Source: a candidate division FCPU426 bacterium (GTDB lineage Bacteria; Oederibacteriota; Muellerivitia; Muellerivitales; Muellerivitaceae). From it: DNA of 64,000 nucleotides. A program made the position numbers and the translations under genes. The notes below the pieces were generated by a model. The model was not told where the DNA came from, ran no database searches, and saw only the letters and a list, made by a program, of their open reading frames with translations. Below are positions 1-9,059 of this stretch, piece after piece. Every line of letters starts with the position of its first letter. Positions within the stretch are counted from its first letter, which is position 1. The stretch lies in NCBI GenBank assembly GCA_963796105.1, contig CAWCKJ010000003.1:576001-640000 (forward strand), written 5' to 3'.

Positions 1-574
1 TGGTCATATCGGTCTGGATGAATCCCGGCGCGATGGCGTTGCAGTTGATGTTCCGGCTCGCGAACTCCCGGGCCGTGGTCTTGGTCAAGCCGATGATTCC
101 CGCCTTGCTGGCGGCGTAATTCGCCTGGCCCGCGTTCCCGCGCACCCCGATGATCGAGGCGATATTGACGATTTTCCCGAAGCGCGCCTTCATCATCGGC
201 CTGACGAAGGCCTTGGTCGCCAAAAAGGTCCCCTTGAGGTTGACCGCGATCACGTCGTCCCATTCCTTGTCGCTCATTCGGATGAGCAGGTTGTCCTTGG
301 TGATTCCGGCGTTGTTGACAAGGATATCCACTTTGCCGAAGGTTTCCAGGACCTTGTCCGCAAAGGCCTCAACCTCCGCCGCCTGGGTGACGTTCACGTT
401 GAAGGTCAAGGCCTTGACCCCGAGCTTCTCTATTTCCTGGGCGGTCTCCGGCATGCTCGCCTCGATTCCCCCAAGCGCGATGTTGGCCCCGTTCCTGGCC
501 ATTTCCAAGGCGATGGCCTTGCCGATTCCTCTGCCCCCGCCCGTGATGACGGCTACCTTGTCCTTGATTTTCAT
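1..574 (-). CDS. fabG: 3-oxoacyl-ACP reductase (3' end runs off the window)
   Basis: Manual translation from ATG 574: MKIKDKVAVITGGGRGIGK...NNAG...NYAASKAG, an SDR with TGxxxGIG and YxxxK motifs. Start overlaps the fabD stop (ATGA). Confidence 0.95.
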   Translation of the reverse strand, partial: MKIKDKVAVITGGGRGIGKAIALEMARNGANIALGGIEASMPETAQEIEKLGVKALTFNVNVTQAAEVEAFADKVLETFGKVDILVNNAGITKDNLLIRMSDKEWDDVIAVNLKGTFLATKAFVRPMMKARFGKIVNIASIIGVRGNAGQANYAASKAGIIGLTKTTAREFASRNINCNAIAPGFIQTDMT

Positions 575-1506
575 GCTCCCCCTCCCAATGCTTGAATGGC
601 TGCTTTGTTCCCGGCGCCCTGGACGGCAGCGCCCGGGATGATTTTCCGGATCAACCCCCCGAGGACCAGACCCGGCCCCACCTCGATAAAACGGTTTATC
701 CCGTCCCCCGTCATGGCCTCGATGGCCTTGATCCACTGCACCGGTGAGGTCAACTGCCGGACCAGGCTTTCGCGGATGCTACCCGGTTCCTCCAGGATAA
801 CGGCGTCGATATCGGAGTAATAGGATACCTTCGGTTTGGAAAATTCAACTTTTTGGAGATCATCGCGGTAAAACTTGGCGGCCGGCTCCATCAACCGGCT
901 ATGAAAAGGCCCGCTGACAGCCAATTCCATTGCCCGTTTGGCACCCAAAGTCTTGGCCTTTGCGCAGGCTTCCAGCACCGCTGGCTTCTCGCCGGAAATG
1001 ACGATTTGGCCCGGGCAATTGATGTTCGCTGGTTCCACAATCCCCAGGTGCGACGCTTCCCTGCAGGCTTGTTGGACTTTTTCCTCATTGAGTCCCAGCA
1101 CCGCAGCCATGGTGCCCTTTCCTTGGCCTGCGGCTTCCATCAACTCGCCGCGTCGGCGGACCAAGCGGACAGCGTCCTCGAAGGATAAGGCCCCGGCCGC
1201 CACCAAGGCGCTGTAGGCGCCCAGGCTGTGTCCCGATACCCCTTGATAGGAAAAACCATTTCGGTTCAGCATGGTGAACGCCGCGACCGAAGCGGTCAGG
1301 AGCGCCGGTTGCGTCACGGCTGTTTTCTTCAGTTCCTCCTCCGGCCCCTCGAAGCAAATCTTGGAAAGGCTGAAACCCAGGATGGAGTCCGCCTTCTCAA
1401 AGAGGGCACGGGCTTCAGGGTAAAACTCGAACAGGTCCTTCCCCATCCCGATGGATTGTGATCCCTGGCCCGGGAAAACCAGGCCGGTCTTGTTTCCGAT
1501 CACCAT
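571..1506 (-). CDS. fabD: ACP S-malonyltransferase
   Basis: FPGQGSQ, GHSLG and SGPFHS motifs; fab operon context. Confidence 0.97.
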   Translation of the reverse strand: MVIGNKTGLVFPGQGSQSIGMGKDLFEFYPEARALFEKADSILGFSLSKICFEGPEEELKKTAVTQPALLTASVAAFTMLNRNGFSYQGVSGHSLGAYSALVAAGALSFEDAVRLVRRRGELMEAAGQGKGTMAAVLGLNEEKVQQACREASHLGIVEPANINCPGQIVISGEKPAVLEACAKAKTLGAKRAMELAVSGPFHSRLMEPAAKFYRDDLQKVEFSKPKVSYYSDIDAVILEEPGSIRESLVRQLTSPVQWIKAIEAMTGDGINRFIEVGPGLVLGGLIRKIIPGAAVQGAGNKAAIQALGGGA

Positions 1507-2492
1507 TTCAACACCGCAGAGGCCAGGGTCGTTCCGGCGCCAAACGCCACCAGGGCGACGTAATCCCCTTTCTTGATGCGGCCGCCTCTCAGGGCCTGGT
1601 CGAGCGCTATGGCCACTGAGGCGGCGGAGGTGTTGCCGACCTTGTCGATATTGACAAAGAATTTCCCCTCCGGGAAGCCCATCTTTTCCCGGATAGCCTC
1701 GATGATGCGAAGATTGGCCTGGTGGGGAATGATGAGGTTGATTTGGTCCAAGGTGATTCCCGCGCGCTTGGCGGCCTCCTTCGTGGCGTCGGTCATGATA
1801 TTCACGGCGATCTTATAGACCTCCCGGCCGGCCATTTTCAATGTGTGAAGATTCTCCTGAAGGGTATTTTCAGTCGGGGGAAATTGCGATCCCCCGCCGG
1901 GGATCCTCAATAGCTCCGCGTCCTTGCCGTTGGCCGATAGAAATGTGGATAAAACCTCGGGTTTGCCCTCGACGGCCTCGCCCAGGACGACCGCTCCGGC
2001 CCCGTCCCCGAAAAGCACGCATGTGGATCTATCCTTCCAGTCCGTGAAGGCGGTCAATTTTTCCGCCCCAATGAGTAGGACTTTTTTATAAAGGCCGCTC
2101 TCTATCAGGGAGCGGGCGACGGCGATTCCATAGATGAACCCAGAGCAGGCGGCGGAGATGTCGAAAGCCGCGGCCTGGGGGGCGCCCAGCTTGGCCTGCA
2201 CCCTGCAGGAGGCGGAGGGGGTGGGGGAATCCGGGGTGATGGTGGATACGATGATGACATCCAGGTCCGTGGGTTTCAAACCGGCGTCCGCCAAGGCTTT
2301 CTTGGCCGCCTCAGTGGCTAAGTCGGAAGTGAATTGGTCCGGCGCGGCGACTCGACGCTCCTTGATCCCGGTCCGGGTGGTAATCCATTCGTCGGAAGTC
2401 TCCACCATCCTTTCCAAGTCCTGGTTGGTGAGTATCTTTTCCGGAAGGTAGGATCCCACTCCCAGGATTCCAGTTCGTCTATTCGCGCTCAC
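1500..2492 (-). CDS. fabH: 3-oxoacyl-ACP synthase III
   Basis: AACSGF, LFGDGAGA, HQAN and GNTSAAS motifs. Confidence 0.97.
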   Translation of the reverse strand: MSANRRTGILGVGSYLPEKILTNQDLERMVETSDEWITTRTGIKERRVAAPDQFTSDLATEAAKKALADAGLKPTDLDVIIVSTITPDSPTPSASCRVQAKLGAPQAAAFDISAACSGFIYGIAVARSLIESGLYKKVLLIGAEKLTAFTDWKDRSTCVLFGDGAGAVVLGEAVEGKPEVLSTFLSANGKDAELLRIPGGGSQFPPTENTLQENLHTLKMAGREVYKIAVNIMTDATKEAAKRAGITLDQINLIIPHQANLRIIEAIREKMGFPEGKFFVNIDKVGNTSAASVAIALDQALRGGRIKKGDYVALVAFGAGTTLASAVLKW

Positions 2493-3556
2493 TTGGCCTC
2501 CCCGTTCCGGGACTTGGTTTCGATTTTGTCAGCGACTTGCCCGTACCGGGCGATTCTTTCCTTCAGCAATTCGTTCATCTTTCCATTGACCCCGCGCAAG
2601 GTGGCCCGGATGGCGTTCTTGATGGTCAAAGCGTTCGATTTCCCATGGCAGATCAGGCTGAACCCGTCAATCCCCAGCAGGGGCGCTCCCCCGTATTCCT
2701 TATAGTCAATGCTTCTCTTGAAACGGCGGAAGGCCGGGCCCGCCAAAAGCCCACCCAGGAGAGTGAAGAGGTTCGAACTCATCTCTTTTTTCAGGAGGTC
2801 GTAGACCAGTTCCCCGACCCCCTCAATGGCCTTGAGGATGACGTTCCCGACGAAGCCGTCGCAGACGGTCACGTCGCAGTTTCCGTTGACGATGTCCCTT
2901 CCTTCCACGTTCCCGATGTAGTTGAGGGGCGTTTTTTTCAGGAGGGCCTGGGCCTCGAAAACCAGCTCGTTTCCCTTGGTCTCCTCCTCACCGATGGAAA
3001 GAAGCCCCACCCTTGGATTCTTGAAGTTCAAGAGGGTCCTGGCGAAAACATCCCCCATGAGGGCAAACTGGAGCAGGTGCTTGGCCTTGCAGTCCACGTT
3101 GGCCCCCGCGTCGACCAGGACGCTGACCCCGTTCATGCTGGGCACCATCGTAACAATGGCCGGCCTATAGACCCCGTCGATCCTCCCGCAGGTCAAGAGG
3201 GCCGCGGCCATGGTGGCGCCGGAGTTTCCGGCCGAGATGCAGGCGACGGCTCCCCCCCGCTTCACGAGCTCCGAACAGCGCACGATGGAGGAATCCCTTT
3301 TCTGCTTGCAGGCCTGCGCCGGGCTCTCCCCCATTTCCACGACTTCCCGGGCGTCCACCAGGACGAATCCGGGAGGTGGCGCGCCTCCGCGGCGGGCAAG
3401 TTCTTTCTGGATGTCTTCCTTGCGGCCGACGACCAGCAGCTCGAAATCCGGGCCGGCCAAATTCCGGACTTCCTGGTTGGAAAGGGCCATGAGGGCGCCC
3501 TCGACGGTTTCCCGGGGGGCCAAATCACCGCCCATCGCGTCAAGAGCTATTTTCAT
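2489..3556 (-). CDS. plsX: phosphate acyltransferase
   Basis: IALDAMGGD N-terminus, DAGAN and GGAPLLG motifs. Confidence 0.97.
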   Translation of the reverse strand: MKIALDAMGGDLAPRETVEGALMALSNQEVRNLAGPDFELLVVGRKEDIQKELARRGGAPPPGFVLVDAREVVEMGESPAQACKQKRDSSIVRCSELVKRGGAVACISAGNSGATMAAALLTCGRIDGVYRPAIVTMVPSMNGVSVLVDAGANVDCKAKHLLQFALMGDVFARTLLNFKNPRVGLLSIGEEETKGNELVFEAQALLKKTPLNYIGNVEGRDIVNGNCDVTVCDGFVGNVILKAIEGVGELVYDLLKKEMSSNLFTLLGGLLAGPAFRRFKRSIDYKEYGGAPLLGIDGFSLICHGKSNALTIKNAIRATLRGVNGKMNELLKERIARYGQVADKIETKSRNGEAK

Positions 3557-3568
3557 GCCGGGGAATTG

Positions 3569-3751
3569 TTAGGCGATTTCAACGCTGATAACTTCTTTGC
3601 CCTTGTAAAATCCGCAGGTGGGACAGACGCGGTGGGGCAGTTTCGCGCTTTTGCATTGAGGGCAAGTCGAAAGGGACTTGGTCTTGATTTTCCAGTTGGT
3701 CCGGCGCTTGTCGCGGCGCTGGCGGGAATGTCTTCGTTTAGGATTAGCCAT
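3569..3751 (-). CDS. rpmF: 50S ribosomal protein bL32 (zinc-ribbon type)
   Basis: MANPKRRHSRQRRDKRR...CPQC...HRVCPTCGFY; GGAGG RBS upstream; start 3751 or 3754. Confidence 0.96.
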   Translation of the reverse strand: MANPKRRHSRQRRDKRRTNWKIKTKSLSTCPQCKSAKLPHRVCPTCGFYKGKEVISVEIA

Positions 3752-3823
3752 CATAACCTCCAAATTTAAAGCCGGCGGGGCCATGAAACCCGGCCCAAGA
3801 TCTCCATTGAGTTACCGCTGCTC

Positions 3824-4348
3824 TTAATCTACTTTCCACTTCTTCAAGGCATCCCACCGGGGATCGGAAGGCGGCTCCGAGCACTCGCAGGATTCAAGGT
3901 TCCTATCGCATCCGCATTGGGGGCATAGACCCAGGCAGTCCTCCCTGCATAAGGCCCTCATGGGGACCGAAAGCAGGATCGTTTGCCGGATTTCATCGGC
4001 CACATCCAGGACATCGCCCTCAAAAAAAACGGTTTCGGCCTCATCCGGGCCCCCGTCAACCTCGCCCGGCCGGAGTTGAAATTCGCTCCGCTGTCTATAA
4101 TAGATATCAAAAAAAGACTTAAATGGGTTCTCGAAATTCTTAAGGCACCTGTCGCAGTTCAATATCAGCCAACCCGACACCCAGCCTTTGGCTGAAATCA
4201 CGTCCCCGAGCTTGGAAACCTCGCAATGAATTTCCAGCGGGCCTGACTTCAAATCGGGGGATAAATCGATTCCAAGAGCCTCAGCCGGAGCCTTCTGCTC
4301 AAGAACCAGGTCTTCCCGTTCGAGAGAGCGCAACTCCACCTTCAGCAT
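3824..4348 (-). CDS. yceD: YceD/DUF177 family protein
   Basis: CDRCL, CREDCLGLCPQCG and DPRWDAL motifs; canonical position upstream of rpmF. Confidence 0.92.
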   Translation of the reverse strand: MLKVELRSLEREDLVLEQKAPAEALGIDLSPDLKSGPLEIHCEVSKLGDVISAKGWVSGWLILNCDRCLKNFENPFKSFFDIYYRQRSEFQLRPGEVDGGPDEAETVFFEGDVLDVADEIRQTILLSVPMRALCREDCLGLCPQCGCDRNLESCECSEPPSDPRWDALKKWKVD

Positions 4349-4539
4349 CTCGGCGCCTCCCCTTTCCCTAAAACTTCAACCCATCCGTCCCCTTCAAAGC
4401 GTTTCGCTGATGTGAGAAACCAATCCACAATCACCCAAAAACGAAAAACCCTTTGAAAAAGAAGATCGGAGTCAACGAAGAATAAGGAAACTGACTATAT
4501 CTTTTCAAGGATAAAATATGTCAAAAAAGAAGCAGGCCG

Positions 4540-4569
4540 ATTATAGGAATCACCGACTTTCAGTGTCAA
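4540..4569 (-). promoter_or_regulatory. sigma70 consensus promoter for yceD-rpmF-plsX-fab
   Basis: Minus strand reads TTGACA-18 nt-TATAAT. A weaker TTGACA-19 nt-TATAGT follows at 4494-4524. Confidence 0.75.
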
Positions 4570-4653
4570 GAAAATAGCCTGTTTTTCAGGGCTTTTGTCG
4601 TGATTAAGGGCGTCAGGTTACAAAATGTGACTCGTGTAAAACTTCAGCCGCCA

Positions 4654-5142
4654 TCAATGGCTGTAAATCTTCCTCAAGCCTTTTTCAACGACCGGCGGGA
4701 CAAATCCGCTCACATCTCCCCCGAAACAAGCGACTTCCTTGATGGCGCTGGAGGAGAGGAATATGAATTTCTCGTTGGGAACCAGGAATACCACCTCGAT
4801 ATCGGATAAAAGGCTCCGGTTGATGAGGGCCATTTGGAACTCATGCTCAAAATCGGATACAGCGCGGAGGCCCCGAAAGATGATATTGGCCTTGATTTGA
4901 CGGGCGTAATCCACCAATAAACCGTCGAAGGAGGAAACCTTGACGTCCGGAAGGTTGCGGGTGGTTTCTCTCAAGAAATGCATCCTATCCTTCGCCGGGA
5001 AAAGAACCTTTTTGGCGGGGTTGGACACGACGGAAATATAAAGCTCATCGCAGAGCTCAAAGGCCCTGCCTGCGATATCCAAATGGCCGAAGGTCACGGG
5101 GTCGAAGGAGCCCGGATATAAGCCGATTGTTTTCTTTCCCAT
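4654..5142 (-). CDS. coaD: phosphopantetheine adenylyltransferase
   Basis: YPGSFDPVTFGHLDI, RGLRAVSDFEHE and SSS motifs. Confidence 0.97.
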   Translation of the reverse strand: MGKKTIGLYPGSFDPVTFGHLDIAGRAFELCDELYISVVSNPAKKVLFPAKDRMHFLRETTRNLPDVKVSSFDGLLVDYARQIKANIIFRGLRAVSDFEHEFQMALINRSLLSDIEVVFLVPNEKFIFLSSSAIKEVACFGGDVSGFVPPVVEKGLRKIYSH

Positions 5143-5159
5143 GTTCTTCCTTTCAGGAC

Positions 5160-5750
5160 TCAAGCGGTTTCGGGCGCCTGGATCGGCCCGTTATTCTTAA
5201 AGAGGCTCAATAAGGTATCGCCGTATTTCTTCTGCCTCACCAGGGGATAAGGAAATTCCAGGTCCAACTCAGTATCCTTGGCGCCATGCTCGATAGCAAG
5301 GATCCCCCCTTCCCGCAGAATGGGATATTGCGTCAGAAGGCGCTGGATGCGCATTAAAACCCCGATTTCATAGGGCGGATCGGCCAACAGGATATCAAAT
5401 TTCCTTCCCTCTTGATGAAGCAAATAAAAGGCCCTGGAAACCTCCATCTCCATGATGCGGATGCCGTTTTGGGGGTCTTTCGGGTTGAGTCCCAGTTCCT
5501 GGAAGTTTTCTCGGATAAGCCTCAGGCTCTCAAAAGCGTTCTCCACGAACACCACTTCCGAAGCCCTCCGGCTGAGGGCTTCCAGGCCCAAGTTCCCCGT
5601 GCCCGAAAAAAAATCCACAACCGAACAGCCGGCCAGAGGCTCCAGCATATTAAACAGGGCGCCTTTGACCTTGTCCCCGGTTGGCCTGATTTTCATGTTC
5701 TTGGGGGCCTTGACGGTCCGGCTTTTTAATCTACCAGCGATGATTCTCAT
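5160..5750 (-). CDS. rsmD: 16S rRNA m2G966 methyltransferase
   Basis: MRIIAG...RPT...DFFSGTGNLGLEALSR...DPPY...YGDT. The longer ORF call runs into an upstream repeat element. Confidence 0.93.
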   Translation of the reverse strand: MRIIAGRLKSRTVKAPKNMKIRPTGDKVKGALFNMLEPLAGCSVVDFFSGTGNLGLEALSRRASEVVFVENAFESLRLIRENFQELGLNPKDPQNGIRIMEMEVSRAFYLLHQEGRKFDILLADPPYEIGVLMRIQRLLTQYPILREGGILAIEHGAKDTELDLEFPYPLVRQKKYGDTLLSLFKNNGPIQAPETA

Positions 5751-5764
5751 TCCAATTCCTCTAG

Positions 5765-5894
5765 CAGGCTGCTGAAAAAATAAAAATAGGCCCACAAAGC
5801 AGCCTGCGACCCCAAAGATTCCGCAGGAATCGTGGGGTTTCCGCAAATGTCGTCAGCTGAAAAAGTCCGTTTTGGGGAATTTTTCAGCACCTTG
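5765..5894. mobile_element. 130-bp MITE-like element, copy 1
   Basis: Terminal inverted repeats CAGGCTGCTGAAAAA...TTTTTCAGCACCTTG preceded by CTAG; near-identical reverse-complement copy at 46322-46451. Confidence 0.8.
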
Positions 5895-5951
5895 ATAAAA
5901 GATGGTCCCTTCGCCTGAGCGCAAAGGCATCCAACTGGCGTGAAGCCTTCT

Positions 5952-7922
5952 TCAACGGGATTTCGAGTCCTTCAGCTTCGCTTGAAAAGGGGATGCGGGA
6001 AGGCCGTTATTGCCGTTCAGGTTGCAAAGCGGGTTATCCCCCCAGGCGTAACGGATGGCTTTCGGGTCAGCCACTTGGTCGTTCCAGACCACCACGGTAT
6101 TACCCTTGATTTCCGCCTGGGCCCATTTGAATTTGCCGTCCCGCCCCGCGACGGCGAAGCCTTTCAAGGAGCCGGCCCCGCTTGATTTCAAACCCTCCTC
6201 GGCGTTTTTAAATGTGACGCGGATACGGTTTCCTTCAGCCATGGCGGATTCGTAAAGAGGGCTCAAATAGGGGCCCTTCATACCATAGGCTTTTTCCAAT
6301 GCAACCAAGGCCAATCGGCGCCCCACCTCGGTTTTATTCTTCGGGTGAATGTCATGGTCCTCGCCTAGGTCGATGAGAACAGCCATCCCCGTGTTGGGGA
6401 CCGAAAGGGTTCTGCTTTGTTGTTCCCTCAGGTCCGCCCAGTCGCTTTCGCTTGGTAGGTCCTTGGTATCCATGAAGCCCGGGAGCTGGGCGAATATAAA
6501 AGGCATGTCCGGTTCGCGCCACTCCTTCCTCCATCCACCGATCAGGGATGCCAGAAGTCCATGGTACTCCTTCGCCCTGGAAGTGTTTTGCTCACCCTGG
6601 TACCAGATCACGCCCCGAATGGGATAGGAAGTCAGCGGATGAATCATCCCGTCATAAAGCTGGGAGGGCATCTCCGCCATGGGCTTTGGATCGATCCCAA
6701 AGTAGATGTTTTGGATCGCCCCGGGTGTGAATGGCCGGGCTTTCCCCCATCCCGATTGTTTCAAGGAGGACAAGGGAATCCGGTAAAGCTTCCATTTATT
6801 TCCCGTCTCAAAGGCCTGCGTCCTGTAATTGTCCCAGTCGGAAATGGTCGGCTGGGAAAGGAACAGAATATATTTCCCGCTTCCCCTGCCGTAAAACTCG
6901 ATGGCCTCGAAATCGGTCAAGTCGAGGGTTTTCCCATCCTTTGCTAAAGGCGTCGTTATCCAACCCCAGGCATCCGGAAGAAGCTTGCCGGTCATATGCC
7001 CCAAGGGTCCTGGAACCGGGCCAGGAAGATTCTCAGTTGAGATGTCTATTTCCGAACCATCTTTTACGCCGGTGGACCAATATCCCGGGATCGTCTTTTC
7101 CTGGCGGCTTAAGGCGTTTCCATTGAATTGAACCGTCACGGGGGATCGGGTTGAATCACGCGGACGGAAACGAAGTCCCGACAGCCAGAAATCCGCGTCA
7201 AAACTGCCCTGTGCCCACATCTTTTTTTCCCAAGAGGGTTTTGCCTCCCATCTTTTCAAAGAGTTCTTGCAGGCAGGCCCGGTCTGGAAAGTTTTTTCAG
7301 GGATCCAGCTTTCAATATAAGTTCCGCCCCAGCAACTCTGGATCAGCCCCACCGGCACGTTTAATTTTTTACGAAGGTTGAGCCCGAAATGATAAGCCAC
7401 CGCGGAAAAATCCTTGATCGTGTCGGGTGTGCAAACCTTCCACTCGCCCTGGGGGTCATCCAGGGGTTTTGTGGAATTCCTGAGCGATTGTTTGAATATC
7501 CGGATCTTGGAATCAGTGGCTTGCGGCAGGGTTTTGGCCGAATCATGGGTATTAGACATCGGGAACTCCATGTTGGATTGTCCGGCCCCCACCCAGACTT
7601 CCCCCACCAGCACATCCTCGATTTTAGCCGTGGCGGAACCCTGGATGGTCAACTCATAGGGTCCACCGGCCCGAAGAGAAGCCAATTTAACTTTCCATTT
7701 TCCCTTCGAGTCCGCCTGGGTCGAGCCCGACTCGCCCGCCAGGGTGACGACAACCTTTTGGCCCGGATTGTCCTTACCCCACAACACCCCTGGTTTTCCC
7801 GCCTGGATCACCATGTGGTCCCCGATCAGGTACGGTAATACCAAAGCCGGCCATCCAGGCGCAGCGATCGAGCATAAAAAAAGGGATTCCAACACAGTTA
7901 GAATAAAACGCCTTAGGCCCAT
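5952..7922 (-). CDS. secreted sialate O-acetylesterase family (SGNH) protein with an inserted CBM11/CIA30-like domain
   Basis: Signal peptide; GEVWVGAGQSNM, WYQGE, DIHPKNK and RYAW motifs; central insert DLTDFEAIEFYGRG...WKLYRIPLSSLKQ. Confidence 0.85.
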   Translation of the reverse strand: MGLRRFILTVLESLFLCSIAAPGWPALVLPYLIGDHMVIQAGKPGVLWGKDNPGQKVVVTLAGESGSTQADSKGKWKVKLASLRAGGPYELTIQGSATAKIEDVLVGEVWVGAGQSNMEFPMSNTHDSAKTLPQATDSKIRIFKQSLRNSTKPLDDPQGEWKVCTPDTIKDFSAVAYHFGLNLRKKLNVPVGLIQSCWGGTYIESWIPEKTFQTGPACKNSLKRWEAKPSWEKKMWAQGSFDADFWLSGLRFRPRDSTRSPVTVQFNGNALSRQEKTIPGYWSTGVKDGSEIDISTENLPGPVPGPLGHMTGKLLPDAWGWITTPLAKDGKTLDLTDFEAIEFYGRGSGKYILFLSQPTISDWDNYRTQAFETGNKWKLYRIPLSSLKQSGWGKARPFTPGAIQNIYFGIDPKPMAEMPSQLYDGMIHPLTSYPIRGVIWYQGEQNTSRAKEYHGLLASLIGGWRKEWREPDMPFIFAQLPGFMDTKDLPSESDWADLREQQSRTLSVPNTGMAVLIDLGEDHDIHPKNKTEVGRRLALVALEKAYGMKGPYLSPLYESAMAEGNRIRVTFKNAEEGLKSSGAGSLKGFAVAGRDGKFKWAQAEIKGNTVVVWNDQVADPKAIRYAWGDNPLCNLNGNNGLPASPFQAKLKDSKSR

Positions 7923-8349
7923 GGCCGCTCCTCAGTCCCTGATTGAATCCCAATGTTAAAATAGGCGATTTGTGCTTGAAAATAATAACACGGCGGTTTG
8001 CCTGATTTTTATTTGAAATAATCCTCGCGATCCGAGTTTTACCTATACCAGCTTGTTGGTAACCCGCCAGATCAAACGCTTGCTAGCGCCCGCGTCCAAA
8101 AGGGCCGCATGAAATCGCGATGTTCTCATATCCCCCCTGACTTGCAATAAATCATCAGATAACCTGGTTTCTCCTGGTAATTCCCTCTGAAGTTGGCTGT
8201 TTTTCCGGGTTATTTAAGTTTTTTCACACCTTTTACATACGATTTTCCACCTATTCTCCAGAAACCCTGTATTATATGTGCTCCATCTGGGGCCTTTTGA
8301 GCCCGGATGGTGTTGTTAAATTTATAGTGAAAAGATGAGGTTTCATACA

Positions 8350-8550
8350 ATGGCTCAAGGTACAGTGAAGTGGTTTAAGAACGAGAAGGGTTTTGGTTTT
8401 ATCTCCCAGGACGGTGGTGAGGACGTATTTGTTCACCATTCGGCCATTCAAGGCGAGGGATACAAATCGTTGAACGAGGGGGACCGCGTGGAATTTGAGG
8501 TCACTCGTGGAGACAAAGGCCTAAAGGCCGAAAACGTCGTTAAGATCTAA
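8350..8550 (+). CDS. cold-shock protein (CspA family)
   Basis: [12 protein letters not shown] (RNP1) and DVFVHHSAI (RNP2). Confidence 0.97.
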   Translation: MAQGTVKWFKNEKGFGFISQDGGEDVFVHHSAIQGEGYKSLNEGDRVEFEVTRGDKGLKAENVVKI

Positions 8551-8570
8551 CACATCTTTTCGAAAACCCA

Positions 8571-8607
8571 AAAGCCCTGCGGTTAAAACCGCAGGGCTTT
8601 TTCTTTT
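8571..8607 (+). terminator. intrinsic terminator after the csp gene
   Basis: AAAGCCCTGCGGT-TAAA-ACCGCAGGGCTTT followed by a T-rich tract. Confidence 0.9.
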
Positions 8608-8676
8608 CGGGTGAAGATTTTCCAGGAACTACGCCGGAAAAAGCGCCCGATCTCTCAATTAAAAAGGAGAAACCGA

Positions 8677-8976
8677 ATGCAAATCAACGAAGCGGATTTG
8701 GGAAAAATCGTGCAGCTGCCGGTCAAGCCCGAATGGGGCTTGGGAATCATCAGCAAGGTCGAGAATCGGTTCGCGCTCATATTGTTCCGCGACACCGGGG
8801 ACAAGACGGCCAAGAAATTCTACCGCGCCGAGAATAACCTGAAATTGGCGCCGGACCAGGAACAGCCGGATCTCCACAAAAGGGCCCGAGCGAAGAACAA
8901 GAAAATCAAGGTGAAGAAGGTTGTTGCCCGCCCCGTAGTTGCCGTTAAAGCCGAAGCTGAAGCCGAAGACGAGTAA
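8677..8976 (+). CDS. small DUF3553-like (SH3-like) protein with basic/acidic tail
   Basis: AAGGAG RBS; PEWGLGII motif resembles DUF3553. Confidence 0.55.
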   Translation: MQINEADLGKIVQLPVKPEWGLGIISKVENRFALILFRDTGDKTAKKFYRAENNLKLAPDQEQPDLHKRARAKNKKIKVKKVVARPVVAVKAEAEAEDE

Positions 8977-9059
8977 TTAACTCCCCAGAATGAATAGGAC
9001 AGGCCCCTCGAATAGAGGAGCCGGTCCTTCTTCCGGGAAGCCCCCCAGAAAATTTCCCC

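Noticed and set aside
2537..3769. Long antisense ORFs (this 410-aa one and similar ones opposite GH2, recG and purF)
   Set aside because: Shadow frames of GC-rich, well-supported genes with no recognisable motifs
5751..5846. N-terminal extension of RsmD in the ORF track
   Set aside because: Derives from the MITE sequence; the family start MRIIAG is at 5750
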